Made by a program: the position numbers and the translations under genes
Shown: in pieces, positions 46,600-56,521 of the stretch
How the letters are laid out: the number at the start of each line of letters is the position of its first letter
Numbering within the stretch: the stretch's first letter is position 1
Notes under the pieces: model-generated
The model's input: only the letters and a program-made list of their open reading frames with translations
Told to the model about the DNA's origin: nothing
Databases searched by the model: none
NCBI GenBank assembly: GCA_035627515.1
Contig: DASPLQ010000012.1
Location: forward strand, 71,269 to 135,268
Source of the DNA: Vitreimonas sp.
GTDB taxonomy: Bacteria; Patescibacteriota; Microgenomatia; UBA1400; PJMF01
DNA length: 64,000 bases
Reading direction: 5' to 3'

Positions 46600-47094
46600 A
46601 TGTCCGATATCATTCACGTTTTAGTTGAAATCCCTGCTGGCTCAAACGTTAAGTATGAGCAAGATGAAGAAACCGGCCGCATCTACGTGGACCGTTTCGT
46701 GCCGACCCCGATGATGTATCCTGAAAATTATGGTTCTATCGAAGGTGCCAAAGGCAAGGATGGCGACTTACTCGATGCCTTACTCCTTACCAGTCAACCT
46801 GTCATGCCAGGGATGTGGATGAAAGCTCGCGTGATTGGGATGTTAGAGATGGAAGATGAAGAGGGTATTGATCATAAATTAGTGTGTGTCCCCGCTAAAG
46901 CCAAACAAGACATCATCTGCGGTGCTTGGGAAGAGCTCTCCGATGTCCCTCAATACCGCTTAGATAAACTCAAGCACTTTTTCGAACACTACAAAGATCT
47001 CGAAAAAGACAAATGGGTTAAGATCAATAAATTTGTGGGTAGAGAAGAGGCCTTAAAAGAATTGGCTGAAGCTCAAAGTAAGATGGGTGCATAA
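46600..47094 (+). CDS. ppa: Inorganic pyrophosphatase (family I)
   Basis: DGDLLDALLL (DxDPxD-like) and an N-terminal VEIPAGSNVKYE.. fold. RBS aaaggagac upstream. Confidence 0.85.
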   Translation: MSDIIHVLVEIPAGSNVKYEQDEETGRIYVDRFVPTPMMYPENYGSIEGAKGKDGDLLDALLLTSQPVMPGMWMKARVIGMLEMEDEEGIDHKLVCVPAKAKQDIICGAWEELSDVPQYRLDKLKHFFEHYKDLEKDKWVKINKFVGREEALKELAEAQSKMGA

Positions 47095-47117
47095 GATTAT
47101 CGGCATTATCACTTAAT

Positions 47118-47152
47118 CAAGTAAAGGGCTCGTTCAAAACGGGCCCTTTTTG
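47118..47152 (+). terminator. Putative intrinsic terminator after ppa (GGGCTCG-TTCAAAA-CGGGCCC plus TTTTT)
   Basis: 7 bp stem with one G-U pair, followed by a T-run. Confidence 0.45.
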
Positions 47153-47212
47153 CTTGTTTGGTTATGCAGTTTTAATAATGGTTTTTACTGAATTTAGCCT
47201 GGAGAGTGTGCG

Positions 47213-47272
47213 AAATGTACAGACTGTACGTTTTGACTGTAATGACGTGTGTCCAGGCGAACTTTTGAAGAG
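47213..47272. repeat. Motif C copy
   Basis: AAATGTACAGACTGTACGTTTTGACTGTAATGACGTGTGTCCAGGCGAACTTTTGAAG. Contains an internal ACAGACTGTAC duplication relative to copy 1. Confidence 0.6.
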
Positions 47273-47357
47273 AGTGTGAGAGCTGTGAGTGAAAGCCTTT
47301 AAGAATGTTGATTAATGGGCGGGAAAAAAGGGTCTTATCTTTTTTGTTTGACAGTGT

Positions 47358-47421
47358 GTGCTCAAAAAGTGAACTTTATGGAGGTTGTGCGGTTTTTGTT
47401 AATAATCGCACAATGAATAAG
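47358..47421. repeat. ~63 bp repeat block containing palindromic element copy 7 (47385-47413): TTGTGCGG-TTTTTGTTAATAA-TCGCACAA
   Basis: See the 20971-21033 copy. Confidence 0.65.
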
Positions 47422-47477
47422 AAACAAGGTTTTTAGTTTAACTCTCTGCACTCGACATGATTGGGAAGAAAAAAGCC

Positions 47478-48029
47478 TTAACGCGGCGCGGAACGTTGAT
47501 CAAGTTCTTTCCTTAACAAAGCAATCAGCTGAATAAGCGCTTCTTCAGTATGCTGATCAATATAGCTTGCGACCTCAGCACTGTGATCACTTATCAGATC
47601 TAGCAAACCTTCTTGATACTTTTCCTCACTCAACGGCTTAATAGCCACCCGCTCTGGCTCGTCAGCTTGCAAAAAAGATTTGTACATTAGATCTCTTGAA
47701 TAGAACCCCCGCACAAACATTTCACTTAACATCTTCTGATATGTCAAAAAATCTTCCCACCGTTTTTTGCCTTTGGCTTCAAGTTCTCTATACCCCTGAT
47801 CATAATGTGAGAGATACCACTGAACAGCATCTTGCCACCGGACTAAGGATAATAAGTCTGCCCACCACTTGTCATCAGAAGTGGCTAGCGCTTCAGTAGC
47901 TTCATCGTCTGGAGGAAGAACCACAGTTTCAGTTAAAGAAACTCGCAACTGTTGTTGCAGGCGACTACGAACAATGTTGTATGCTTCAATGTATTTGGTA
48001 AGTTCGAGTTGTTCAGGTTTTATCGACAT
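47478..48029 (-). CDS. Hypothetical protein
   Basis: 183 aa ORF with no motif. Confidence 0.4.
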   Translation of the reverse strand: MSIKPEQLELTKYIEAYNIVRSRLQQQLRVSLTETVVLPPDDEATEALATSDDKWWADLLSLVRWQDAVQWYLSHYDQGYRELEAKGKKRWEDFLTYQKMLSEMFVRGFYSRDLMYKSFLQADEPERVAIKPLSEEKYQEGLLDLISDHSAEVASYIDQHTEEALIQLIALLRKELDQRSAPR

Positions 48030-48322
48030 ATGACAACTATATCATACTCATTTGCTACTCATAAAATGGTTTTCCCCGGTTGATGGTATTATAAAATTGC
48101 GTCTGTGCAACCCGACCATCAACCTGAGTATGGCCATGGGAGTAAAAGCAACTTGTTTGAAAAAGAGTAGGCCCACTCTAAAATCTAGCCCTTCAAAACC
48201 CTCATTTTCACCTTGTCCCTCTGCTCTCGACATGATATGGTGTGAGAGCGTAATTTTAAAAAAACAGTAATTTTAATTTTCGAGCCGTTAAAAGCCGCAA
48301 AATCGTCTCAAAGGAAACCACT

Positions 48323-51286
48323 ATGGCAGATGACCACAAAGAAAACGATATTGAAGTCACTACTGAAGACCTCGATGAAACGCCCGAAACTGAGACTGAA
48401 GAAGCAGAAACTCCAGAGGTAGAGGAGAGCGAATCAGAAGAAACCAGTGAAGAAAGTGAAGCCAGCAGTGAAGAGGGCGTCCCCGGCCAAACTCAACCAC
48501 CCGGCGAGTCAGATGAAGCTCAGAAGGCTGCCCTGATCGGTACCATCGAAGACTCTAAATTCGGCAAAATTAAGTACATTTCCATCGTCAATGAAATGGA
48601 GAAGTCGTACCTCGATTACGCCATGAGTGTGATCGTGTCACGGGCACTGCCTGATGTGCGTGACGGTCTCAAACCCGTCCACCGCCGGATCCTATATTCC
48701 ATGTACCGTGCCGGTATTCACCATACCAGTAGTTACAAGAAATCCGCTCGTATTGTCGGTGACGTGCTCGGTCGCTATCACCCTCACGGTGACTCACCCG
48801 TGTATATGGCATTGGTCCGCTTGGCCCAAGATTTCAGCATGCGCTACCAACTCATCGACGGCCAAGGTAACTTTGGTTCCATCGACGGTGACAGTCCTGC
48901 CGCTATGCGGTACACCGAAGCCCGGCTAGCTAAAATTTCCCAAGAACTTTTGATTGACCTCAACAAAAATACCGTTCCTATGGTGGACAACTTCGACGGC
49001 TCGCTCCAAGAGCCCACTGTCCTCCCAGGCCGGTTGCCCAACCTCCTCCTGATGGGCTCCGAAGGTATCGCGGTCGGTATGGCCACCAAAATCCCACCTC
49101 ATAACTTGACCGAAGTGTGTAAGGCTATTATTGCGACCATCAAAGCGGGCAAAGCTACCAAAGCCGATCCCATCGCCTTAGCCAACAAAGAACCCGGCCC
49201 CACCAACAGCAACGACCTCCCAAACACCCCCGAGAACCCAACTAAAGAAAAAGTTGGCAAGGCTCAGCCCAGCGCGGTTGCTGATGAATCACTCACTTCC
49301 CAAATCGATGCCGTCCTCGCTACCGATGCGCGTATCATTGCCGGGGAGTTTACGACCGAGATCAGCTTCGATGAGATCATGACCCACGTCAAAGGTCCTG
49401 ACTTTCCTACTGGGGGTATCATTTACGACTTCAAGGCTATTCAAGAAGGGTACCAAACCGGCAAAGGCAAAATTGTCGTCCGTGGTAAAGCGAGCATCGA
49501 AGAAGGTAAAAAAGGCTTCCAAATCATCGTCACTGAACTGCCATACCAAGTCAACAAAGCTCGGCTGATCATGAAGATCGCCGACCTCGTCCGTGACAAG
49601 AAAATCATGGGCATTCGCGATCTTAACGACGACTCCGACCGCAAAGGGATGCAGATCACCATCGACCTTAAACGTGACGCCATGCCCAAAGTGGTCCTCA
49701 ATAAGTTGTTCAAGTTTACCGAACTGCAAACCAGTTTTGCTCTCAACATGGTGGCCCTTAACAGTGATGGCACACCGCAGTTGATGAACATCAAGCAAGT
49801 CTTACGCGAGTACATTAGCCACCGCCAGCTGGTGATTGTCCGCCGCAGTCAATATGAACTGGCCGAAGCTCGAGACCGTGCCCACATCTTGGAAGGTCTA
49901 TTAATCGCCCTCAACAACCTCGATGATGTCATCGAAACTATCCGCCGCTCAGCTGATACTGATACTGCTCGGCAAGCTTTAATAACTAAGTTTGGCCTCT
50001 CCGAAGTTCAAGCCACCGCTATCCTCGATATGCAACTCAAGCGCCTCGCTGCTCTGGAGCGCCAAAAAATCGAAGACGAGTACAAAACCATCAAAGAAGC
50101 CATTACTAAATTACTGACCTTGCTCGGTAACCCTGATTCCATCTTGGCTGTGATTGCCGCCGAAACCGAAGAGCTGATCGCACTCTACGGCGATGACCGC
50201 AAAACCAAGCTCATCAAAGGGAAAGTCGGTGAGTTTTCTGAAGAAGATCTCGTCCCCAATGAAGCAGCAGTCATCACGCTGACTGAAACTGGTTACATCA
50301 AACGCCTCAGTCCCACCGCCTTCCGCTCACAATCTCGAGGTGGAAAGGGGAGTAGTGGTGTCAAGATGAAGGAAGAAGACACCGTCCGGTCACTCCTCAC
50401 CGCCAATACTCACGATACGTTATTGTTGTTTACCAACCTTGGTCGCGTCTTTAAGTTACGCGCTTTTGATTTACCAGACACCAGTCGTCAAGCCAAAGGT
50501 ACCGCTGTGGTCAATTTAGTTAACCTCAAAGGGGATGAATCAGTCCAAGCCATGCTTGTCCTCGACGAAGAAGCTGACAAAGATAAGTACATCACTCTTG
50601 CCACTCGCGACGGCTTAGTCAAAAAGACCGCGGTTAAACTGTATGAAAACATCCGCCAGAACGGTATCGTCGCCATTACGCTTAATGACGGCGACCAACT
50701 TGTCTGGGGCAAACTGACTAGTGGCAGTGATCACGTGATGTTAATTACCTACCAGGGTAAATCAATTCGTTTCACCGAAGAGGAAGTCAAAGCTTCCAAC
50801 CGCGACACCAAAGGCGTCAAAGGCATCACACTTGGAAAAGATGATTATGTGGTCGGCGTCGAAGCCTTCGACCCCGCCGATGAAGCCATCGTCGACAAAA
50901 AAGCCAGCACCTTCAAACAAATGTTAGTCGTCACCGAGAATGGCCTTGGCAAACGGACCGAGCTCACCGAGTACCCACTCCAGAAGCGCTCCGGCATGGG
51001 AGTCAAGGTAGCCGAGATCACCACCCGCACCGGCAAAGTCGCCAGCGCCCGGATGGTCACCCATGAGCATGAGGAAGTCGTCATCACTACCACCGATGGC
51101 CAAACGATTAAGCTCCCAATTACGAAGGGCTCTATCCCAGTTCTCACTAGACCTACTCAAGGTGTGATCTTGATGCGCATGAAGGCGGGAAGTAAAGTGG
51201 CAGCCGTGGCTTTGACCTACAAGGAAGACCCGACGCAACCCATCAACGCTGAAGCTGCCGCCAATGAAGCCGAGGCAGCTGCTTAA
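48323..51286 (+). CDS. gyrA: DNA gyrase subunit A with an acidic N-terminal extension and an internal low-complexity insertion
   Basis: [26 protein letters not shown] (active-site Tyr region), GPDFPTGG, and six C-terminal beta-pinwheel repeats. ~75 aa D/E/T-rich N-terminus. ~70 aa insertion between HNLTEV and GPDFPTGG. Confidence 0.9.
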   Translation: MADDHKENDIEVTTEDLDETPETETEEAETPEVEESESEETSEESEASSEEGVPGQTQPPGESDEAQKAALIGTIEDSKFGKIKYISIVNEMEKSYLDYAMSVIVSRALPDVRDGLKPVHRRILYSMYRAGIHHTSSYKKSARIVGDVLGRYHPHGDSPVYMALVRLAQDFSMRYQLIDGQGNFGSIDGDSPAAMRYTEARLAKISQELLIDLNKNTVPMVDNFDGSLQEPTVLPGRLPNLLLMGSEGIAVGMATKIPPHNLTEVCKAIIATIKAGKATKADPIALANKEPGPTNSNDLPNTPENPTKEKVGKAQPSAVADESLTSQIDAVLATDARIIAGEFTTEISFDEIMTHVKGPDFPTGGIIYDFKAIQEGYQTGKGKIVVRGKASIEEGKKGFQIIVTELPYQVNKARLIMKIADLVRDKKIMGIRDLNDDSDRKGMQITIDLKRDAMPKVVLNKLFKFTELQTSFALNMVALNSDGTPQLMNIKQVLREYISHRQLVIVRRSQYELAEARDRAHILEGLLIALNNLDDVIETIRRSADTDTARQALITKFGLSEVQATAILDMQLKRLAALERQKIEDEYKTIKEAITKLLTLLGNPDSILAVIAAETEELIALYGDDRKTKLIKGKVGEFSEEDLVPNEAAVITLTETGYIKRLSPTAFRSQSRGGKGSSGVKMKEEDTVRSLLTANTHDTLLLFTNLGRVFKLRAFDLPDTSRQAKGTAVVNLVNLKGDESVQAMLVLDEEADKDKYITLATRDGLVKKTAVKLYENIRQNGIVAITLNDGDQLVWGKLTSGSDHVMLITYQGKSIRFTEEEVKASNRDTKGVKGITLGKDDYVVGVEAFDPADEAIVDKKASTFKQMLVVTENGLGKRTELTEYPLQKRSGMGVKVAEITTRTGKVASARMVTHEHEEVVITTTDGQTIKLPITKGSIPVLTRPTQGVILMRMKAGSKVAAVALTYKEDPTQPINAEAAANEAEAAA

Positions 51287-51305
51287 AAAGCAGCACCTGT
51301 GGTAG

Positions 51306-52664
51306 TTACAAGCGCGAACCGTACGTAGCGTATGACGTTTCCTGGCGGGGAGGGCCTTGTTGGCCTTCGCCGGCTGTCGGTTGAGAACCATCTTGACGCT
51401 GTTCACCATACTGCGCCTCATCACCTTCTCGACCTTCTTTGATAGCCCAGTCAATATTGAGGCCTTTTAAGATTTCCCGAGCTCGTTCCCAGTTACTATT
51501 GTCGCGGTTCCGTTGCAACTCACTAAATCGTCCCTCTAGTTTAGTAAAAAACTCATCACCTTCTTGATTGGGCTGATTCTGCATGGCTTCATAGTCTTGA
51601 AACAATTCTTGCGTGACTTCTTGGCTGATGTCCTTGGTGTCCAAGTAAACACTCAGCTCAGTCAGCAGCTCCAGGCATCGTTGTAATCGTTCTGGATCAG
51701 AGTTGCCACCTTCCGGCGAGCGGCGCGCTCCCAACATAAAGCCAATTTCGCGAATTGACTGCAAAATCTCTCGATAATGTGGGTCTTTGGAGTCGTAGTT
51801 ATTATCTTGCATCCATTTGCGACGTTGTTGGTAAAAACCACGACCAATCACCCGGCCTTGTTGCCGTCGCTCGGCCAACTGGCTGTATTTCTTTATCATC
51901 TCGGCTAAATGATCATTAACTCGAAAGTTACCCAGGTCGAAAGGTTGACTGGCTCGCTTTTCTCTCGCAAATTCTTGGGTATACCCAAATTGCATGCGAT
52001 GAGTCCGCCGCACCTCTTGTTCATAATCTGCAGCATCCTGGGCAGCTTGCCAATCCCTAGAGTTGGCTCCCGCTCCCGAACCTTCTCGCCGCGAACCACC
52101 TTTAGTATCGGCTCCTTCGCGTTGGGCTTGCGCCCTTTGGTAACTTATCTCTTCTGCTCGCCGAAGGTCTTCTTCGGCTTGCTCTTGAGTTTGCCTTATT
52201 TTCTCATGATTTTCGCGCCATTCTTGGCGGGCTGCATCACGGCGGGCTTGTTCTCGCTGGGCTTCAGCCGCTTCGCGTTGCCGGTCTTGTTCGCGACGCT
52301 CTTCTCGGCGCCTATCTTCACCCTCGCGTGCGAGGTGCTCAGCACGTCGATCATCATAATACTGCCTAGCTGCGGGAGTTTTTAAGATGTGGTAGGCATT
52401 ATTCAGTTCCTGAAACTCTTCTTTCTTGCCTCCCAAATCAGTGTGCAGTTCTTTTGCCTTGTCACGAAATGCCTTTTTGAGCGTGGCTTCGTCATTAGTG
52501 CCAGGATCCACACCCAACATTTGATAATAATCCTTTTCGGGCTTTACATCAGAAGGGGAGACTCTATTTCCTACCATTCCTTCATCATAAAGAAGTGATA
52601 CATAAATGAAAAGAGGGGACAGACTACGCCAATCATGGCAGGGGAAATTTAAATTAGCAGACAC
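51306..52664 (-). CDS. J-domain protein with a variant HTD (not HPD) motif and a long Arg/Glu-rich coiled-coil region
   Basis: DYYQMLGVDPGTNDEATLKKAFRDKAKELHTDLGG...EEFQELNNAYHILKTPAARQYYD. The T codon ACT was confirmed at the DNA level. ~120 aa ER-rich segment. Confidence 0.6.
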   Translation of the reverse strand: MSANLNFPCHDWRSLSPLFIYVSLLYDEGMVGNRVSPSDVKPEKDYYQMLGVDPGTNDEATLKKAFRDKAKELHTDLGGKKEEFQELNNAYHILKTPAARQYYDDRRAEHLAREGEDRRREERREQDRQREAAEAQREQARRDAARQEWRENHEKIRQTQEQAEEDLRRAEEISYQRAQAQREGADTKGGSRREGSGAGANSRDWQAAQDAADYEQEVRRTHRMQFGYTQEFAREKRASQPFDLGNFRVNDHLAEMIKKYSQLAERRQQGRVIGRGFYQQRRKWMQDNNYDSKDPHYREILQSIREIGFMLGARRSPEGGNSDPERLQRCLELLTELSVYLDTKDISQEVTQELFQDYEAMQNQPNQEGDEFFTKLEGRFSELQRNRDNSNWERAREILKGLNIDWAIKEGREGDEAQYGEQRQDGSQPTAGEGQQGPPRQETSYATYGSRL

Positions 52665-52867
52665 ATAAATAGACTGCTAATTTTAGGTGGTGAAAAAATC
52701 GCTTGATGAATCAACTTAATTTATCTATCAAATAGCATCAATGTGTATTTTAATGTAACAAATATGGTCAAAGACTCGTCTGATGAAGATAGAGGAAACA
52801 GGTAACAAAAGGGAGCTAAAAAAGGGAAGTGTGGACCCAAGCTGAGCTTGGTGTCACCTCAGCTAAG

Positions 52868-52944
52868 CTGGTGGACCCAAGGGGATTCGAACCCCTGACC
52901 TTCTGTATGCCATACAGACGCGCTAGCCAACTGCGCTATGGGCC
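52868..52944 (-). tRNA. tRNA-Ala (anticodon GGC), CCA encoded
   Basis: Folded by hand: acceptor GGGCCCA/TGGGTCC with the G3:U70 Ala identity pair, D stem GCGC/GCGC, anticodon stem TCTGT/ACAGA with loop ATGGCAT (U33, GGC, A37), and T arm AGGGG-TTCGAAT-CCCCT. Confidence 0.9.
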
Positions 52945-53001
52945 CTTTGACAGGCTGTTATTGTACCATGACACAGATTGTTGTGGTAGAGAAAATAAAA
53001 G

Positions 53002-55242
53002 TTGTTACAATGGGGTATGGCCATTCGACCTTACAACTCTTTTTTTCAGCGTTCTTCACTCGCCTTATTGACATTGGCGACCTTCAGCACGGCAATTTTG
53101 TACTCAAAATATATAGGACTACATAAAACTGTTTATGCGCAAAGTGAGACGACGACAGTCACTACCAATAATACTGGAGTTATTGAGCAGCCTAGTTCTA
53201 CGATCATGATCATCAATCAAGTTCGTGGCAGTGAGTGCTGTGATGTGGGCAGTTTAGAAGCCTTAAAAAAGCAAATAACAATCGTCCAAGGGAATGCACA
53301 GCCGGCCTATTTTACTGTCCGCTATGATGCGCTGACTGAACCAGAGTTTGTGAGCACTCTCCGCGCCGCTCACCGCACCACCCCGGCTCTTAAGCTGGGT
53401 GGCCTCCTCGAAATTACGCCCAGTTGGGCCACCGCCGCCGGGGTGGAGTATAAAGGCACACCTGATACCTGGTATGAAGCACAATACAGCATGTTAATTG
53501 GGTATGCACCTGAGGAAAGACGACGCTTGGTGGATACTTACATGGCCGATTTTAAGCAACAGTTTGGTGAGTATCCTGAGTTAACCACTGCCTGGATGAT
53601 AGATACTCCCACTCTCTATTATGCTCATGATCAATATGGGGTGAAAATTCACCAGATTACTCGAGAGCAGTGGGGAACAGACAGTTATACCCTCTATGGG
53701 GGCCCACCTCATTATCCCTATCCAGCTAGTCGTAACTGGGCTTTTGTCCCTGATTATAACGAAGCTAATCCACTCTTTATTGTCCGCCAGACTGTTACCG
53801 ATCCATTGAAGAATTATGGTGATACATCAAGCTCTTTTACTTCACAACCTAATGATTATGCTCGTGATGGCAAAGACCATCTCTACTTTTTAGGTTTAAT
53901 GGCCCAAGTAGCCAGTCAACCCGCCACTCCAGGCTGGGCAGTCCTTGGCCTTGAGAACAGCATGCCTGGAGAGTTCCAGGCAGAATACGAAAAACAACTG
54001 AAAAACGTGGCTAGTAGCACTGGCCCTGCAGGCAAACAATTGTTACTCAATGTGAATTATTTTGATAGTAATAATATTAATAAGATTAGCAATGATCATA
54101 GAATCAATATTTATAGTGGGATTGATATATTAGGAGATACTCACAATGAGGCCGTTTGGATCACTACCCCGACATATCGGATTCGTTTGCGGAAATATAG
54201 CGATAAAATCTGGATCGATGATTTCCGCGTCTTTGACGCACGCCTCACCGATCCTTACAGTAATACCGTAGCCGTTAATAAAGGTCATTGGGTAGTTCCG
54301 TATTTACTAGATGGCTCACTTTGGCATCACCAACCCACTAAAAGGCCGTTAAAATTGAGATTATTCGGTCCACCAGAAGTACCAAACCTTGCCCCTCAAC
54401 CTCAATCTGACCTCACAGACCAGGTGACCAGGTTAGAACTGCCGAATTTGGCCCCTGGTACAGCCTGGAAGCTAGGACGTACCTCGAGTGGCCAGGCTAC
54501 ACTCGAGTACCAAACCGCTGCTGGCCAAGCAATAACCGTCTTTTTTGAAGATTCTCGCATCAATTGGTCGGGCTTATCACCCGAGAGCTTCACGTATCAT
54601 CCGTTGTATCCAACTCAAGTTCCCCTAGACTTCTTGGCTAAGAAGGATGGCTTTCAGCTCCGCTGGCTTATCGACGAAAAAGTGGGGTGGGGGATTAACA
54701 ATACCTGCCGGCCAGCAGCTGTCAACGAAACTGGCCTCCCCAGTTGCGAATGGACCTTCACGCTCCAACCCGACCTCCTCGCTCAAGCCCGCGAACAACA
54801 GTATCCCTTTTTGTTTCCGGAAACCCGCCCGCGTGAATTAGATGAAAAGAACTCACTCGTCTATGCTCACAATCGCTATGCGATTGCCGGCCGCAATCCG
54901 GTCCGCATTGTGATCGTCCCTTACGATAAAGCGGGTTTTCCTACCACATTGGCTGACCCCGCCACCGTGATTGCTTCACCCCCCCCAGCTTATATCAGTG
55001 AGAGTAAAAAAGAATTGAACGAGTCGCTAGAATTCATTGATTTGGTACATAATAGTCCTCAAAAAACGGCGCTGACGGTATCACTGAGTGATTCAGTCAC
55101 AAAAAACATCACGGTTTATTTTGCGCCCAACTGCAAAGTTGAGAAGCTTTACTGCCTCACGCATCCACGACAAACATGGTGGTATCTGAATACTGTGGTC
55201 CGCGACAAAATACGCGCCCAGGTGCTAGGTGAACCTCAATAG
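53002..55242 (+). CDS. Hypothetical exported or membrane-anchored large protein
   Basis: 746 aa. N-terminal hydrophobic segment LALLTLATFSTAILY. No catalytic motif recognised. Confidence 0.45.
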   Translation: MLQWGMAIRPYNSFFQRSSLALLTLATFSTAILYSKYIGLHKTVYAQSETTTVTTNNTGVIEQPSSTIMIINQVRGSECCDVGSLEALKKQITIVQGNAQPAYFTVRYDALTEPEFVSTLRAAHRTTPALKLGGLLEITPSWATAAGVEYKGTPDTWYEAQYSMLIGYAPEERRRLVDTYMADFKQQFGEYPELTTAWMIDTPTLYYAHDQYGVKIHQITREQWGTDSYTLYGGPPHYPYPASRNWAFVPDYNEANPLFIVRQTVTDPLKNYGDTSSSFTSQPNDYARDGKDHLYFLGLMAQVASQPATPGWAVLGLENSMPGEFQAEYEKQLKNVASSTGPAGKQLLLNVNYFDSNNINKISNDHRINIYSGIDILGDTHNEAVWITTPTYRIRLRKYSDKIWIDDFRVFDARLTDPYSNTVAVNKGHWVVPYLLDGSLWHHQPTKRPLKLRLFGPPEVPNLAPQPQSDLTDQVTRLELPNLAPGTAWKLGRTSSGQATLEYQTAAGQAITVFFEDSRINWSGLSPESFTYHPLYPTQVPLDFLAKKDGFQLRWLIDEKVGWGINNTCRPAAVNETGLPSCEWTFTLQPDLLAQAREQQYPFLFPETRPRELDEKNSLVYAHNRYAIAGRNPVRIVIVPYDKAGFPTTLADPATVIASPPPAYISESKKELNESLEFIDLVHNSPQKTALTVSLSDSVTKNITVYFAPNCKVEKLYCLTHPRQTWWYLNTVVRDKIRAQVLGEPQ

Positions 55243-55585
55243 GTGGGGAAGGGGAGAGGGACACGCAAAGTTGATAGCAAATGATCTATATTGATAGCTT
55301 TTCACACTTTAAAACGCTTCTAAAAATAACGGTGAAATTAGATTGATTAATCAACCCTTTATTCGAGAAGGTCTTATTAGCAGTCTAACCTGGGCTCTGC
55401 TAATTGTGTTATCAGGTGGGAAAGACAGAAATTTTTCTTGCTCTTAGAGAGGCAAAGAGCGGTTAACTACGCTTCATTCTCAAACATATTCCTCGTTGCT
55501 CTCAGCACTTAAGCTCAGTGTTTCTACACTGTCACTCACTAAATCAGCAATGATCTTACTTGTGAGGTTGGCTTTTGCCCTTTGA

Positions 55586-56521
55586 TTATAACTTAGAATG
55601 AAAGCTGGTATGAACTTTTTGTAACTGTGGTCTCGTCACATGAGTATAAATTTGCGTCGTAGCGATATTTTTGTGACCGAGCATCTCTTGCACATCACGT
55701 AAGCCCGCCCCGTTGGCGAGTAAGTCAGTGGCAAAGCTATGACGGATGCCGTGGGGGCTGACTTTTATAGGTAATTTAGCCTGGCGGCAGTAGTTATCCA
55801 CTATCCGTTGCACACTTCTGGTGGTCAACCGCATCTCTTCACCGTCTGATAACAGATCGGGCTTGTTACGAGCCAAGCGAATAAAGACTGGTCGCCAGTT
55901 ATCTTCTCGAGAATTCAACCATCGTTCTAACCAGTCTGTTGCTCTGTCACTTAAGAACACTACTCGAGGTCGTCTGCCTTTACCAATCACTCCAAATTCT
56001 TTCCTAGCCAGATCAATCTGGTCTCGGTTCAAGCCGACCAGCTCACTGACCCGGAGTCCCGTCGAGAATAGCACTTCCAACATGGCTTTATCGCGTAAAC
56101 CTGGCTTACTAGACAGCAATGGTTGACTCAATAAGCGCTCCACATACTCAATATTCAAAAACTTCATGGCATGCGACTCAGCTTTAGGCAAATCTATCTT
56201 TTCCGGCTGTAATACCGCAGCGTCATTTTTGACCATCCACTTCAATAAGGAGCGTAGAGCAATAATATAATAACTTTGTGTCTTCTTGGATAACGTCCGG
56301 CCTTGGTCATCAATGTACCGTGCTAAATACACTCGGTACTTTCTGATCACATCCTGATCGACTTGTTTGAGGTCGTCAATTTTTTCTGTCATCAACCACT
56401 CATTAAAGCGCCGCAAATAATGAGCATAATTGCGGATCGTGAGGCGACTGACGTTACGTTCTACCTCCAAATGTTCGAGAAAAGTGGCAAGGGCGAGTGG
56501 GGGAAGAGTAGAGATGGCCAT
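55586..56521 (-). CDS. Tyrosine site-specific recombinase (XerC/XerD-like)
   Basis: N-terminal SAM-like core-binding domain. C-terminal catalytic motifs GLRVSEL (R), HGIRHSFAT (HxxR), and LGHKNIATTQIYTHV (catalytic Tyr). Confidence 0.8.
   Translation of the reverse strand: MAISTLPPLALATFLEHLEVERNVSRLTIRNYAHYLRRFNEWLMTEKIDDLKQVDQDVIRKYRVYLARYIDDQGRTLSKKTQSYYIIALRSLLKWMVKNDAAVLQPEKIDLPKAESHAMKFLNIEYVERLLSQPLLSSKPGLRDKAMLEVLFSTGLRVSELVGLNRDQIDLARKEFGVIGKGRRPRVVFLSDRATDWLERWLNSREDNWRPVFIRLARNKPDLLSDGEEMRLTTRSVQRIVDNYCRQAKLPIKVSPHGIRHSFATDLLANGAGLRDVQEMLGHKNIATTQIYTHVTRPQLQKVHTSFHSKL

Noticed and set aside
55586-56521. Phage integrase marking a complete prophage
   Set aside because: The recombinase has XerC/XerD-like architecture. 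No phage structural, replication or excisionase genes flank it; only a decayed AT-rich void is present. Treated as Xer-type or a remnant.
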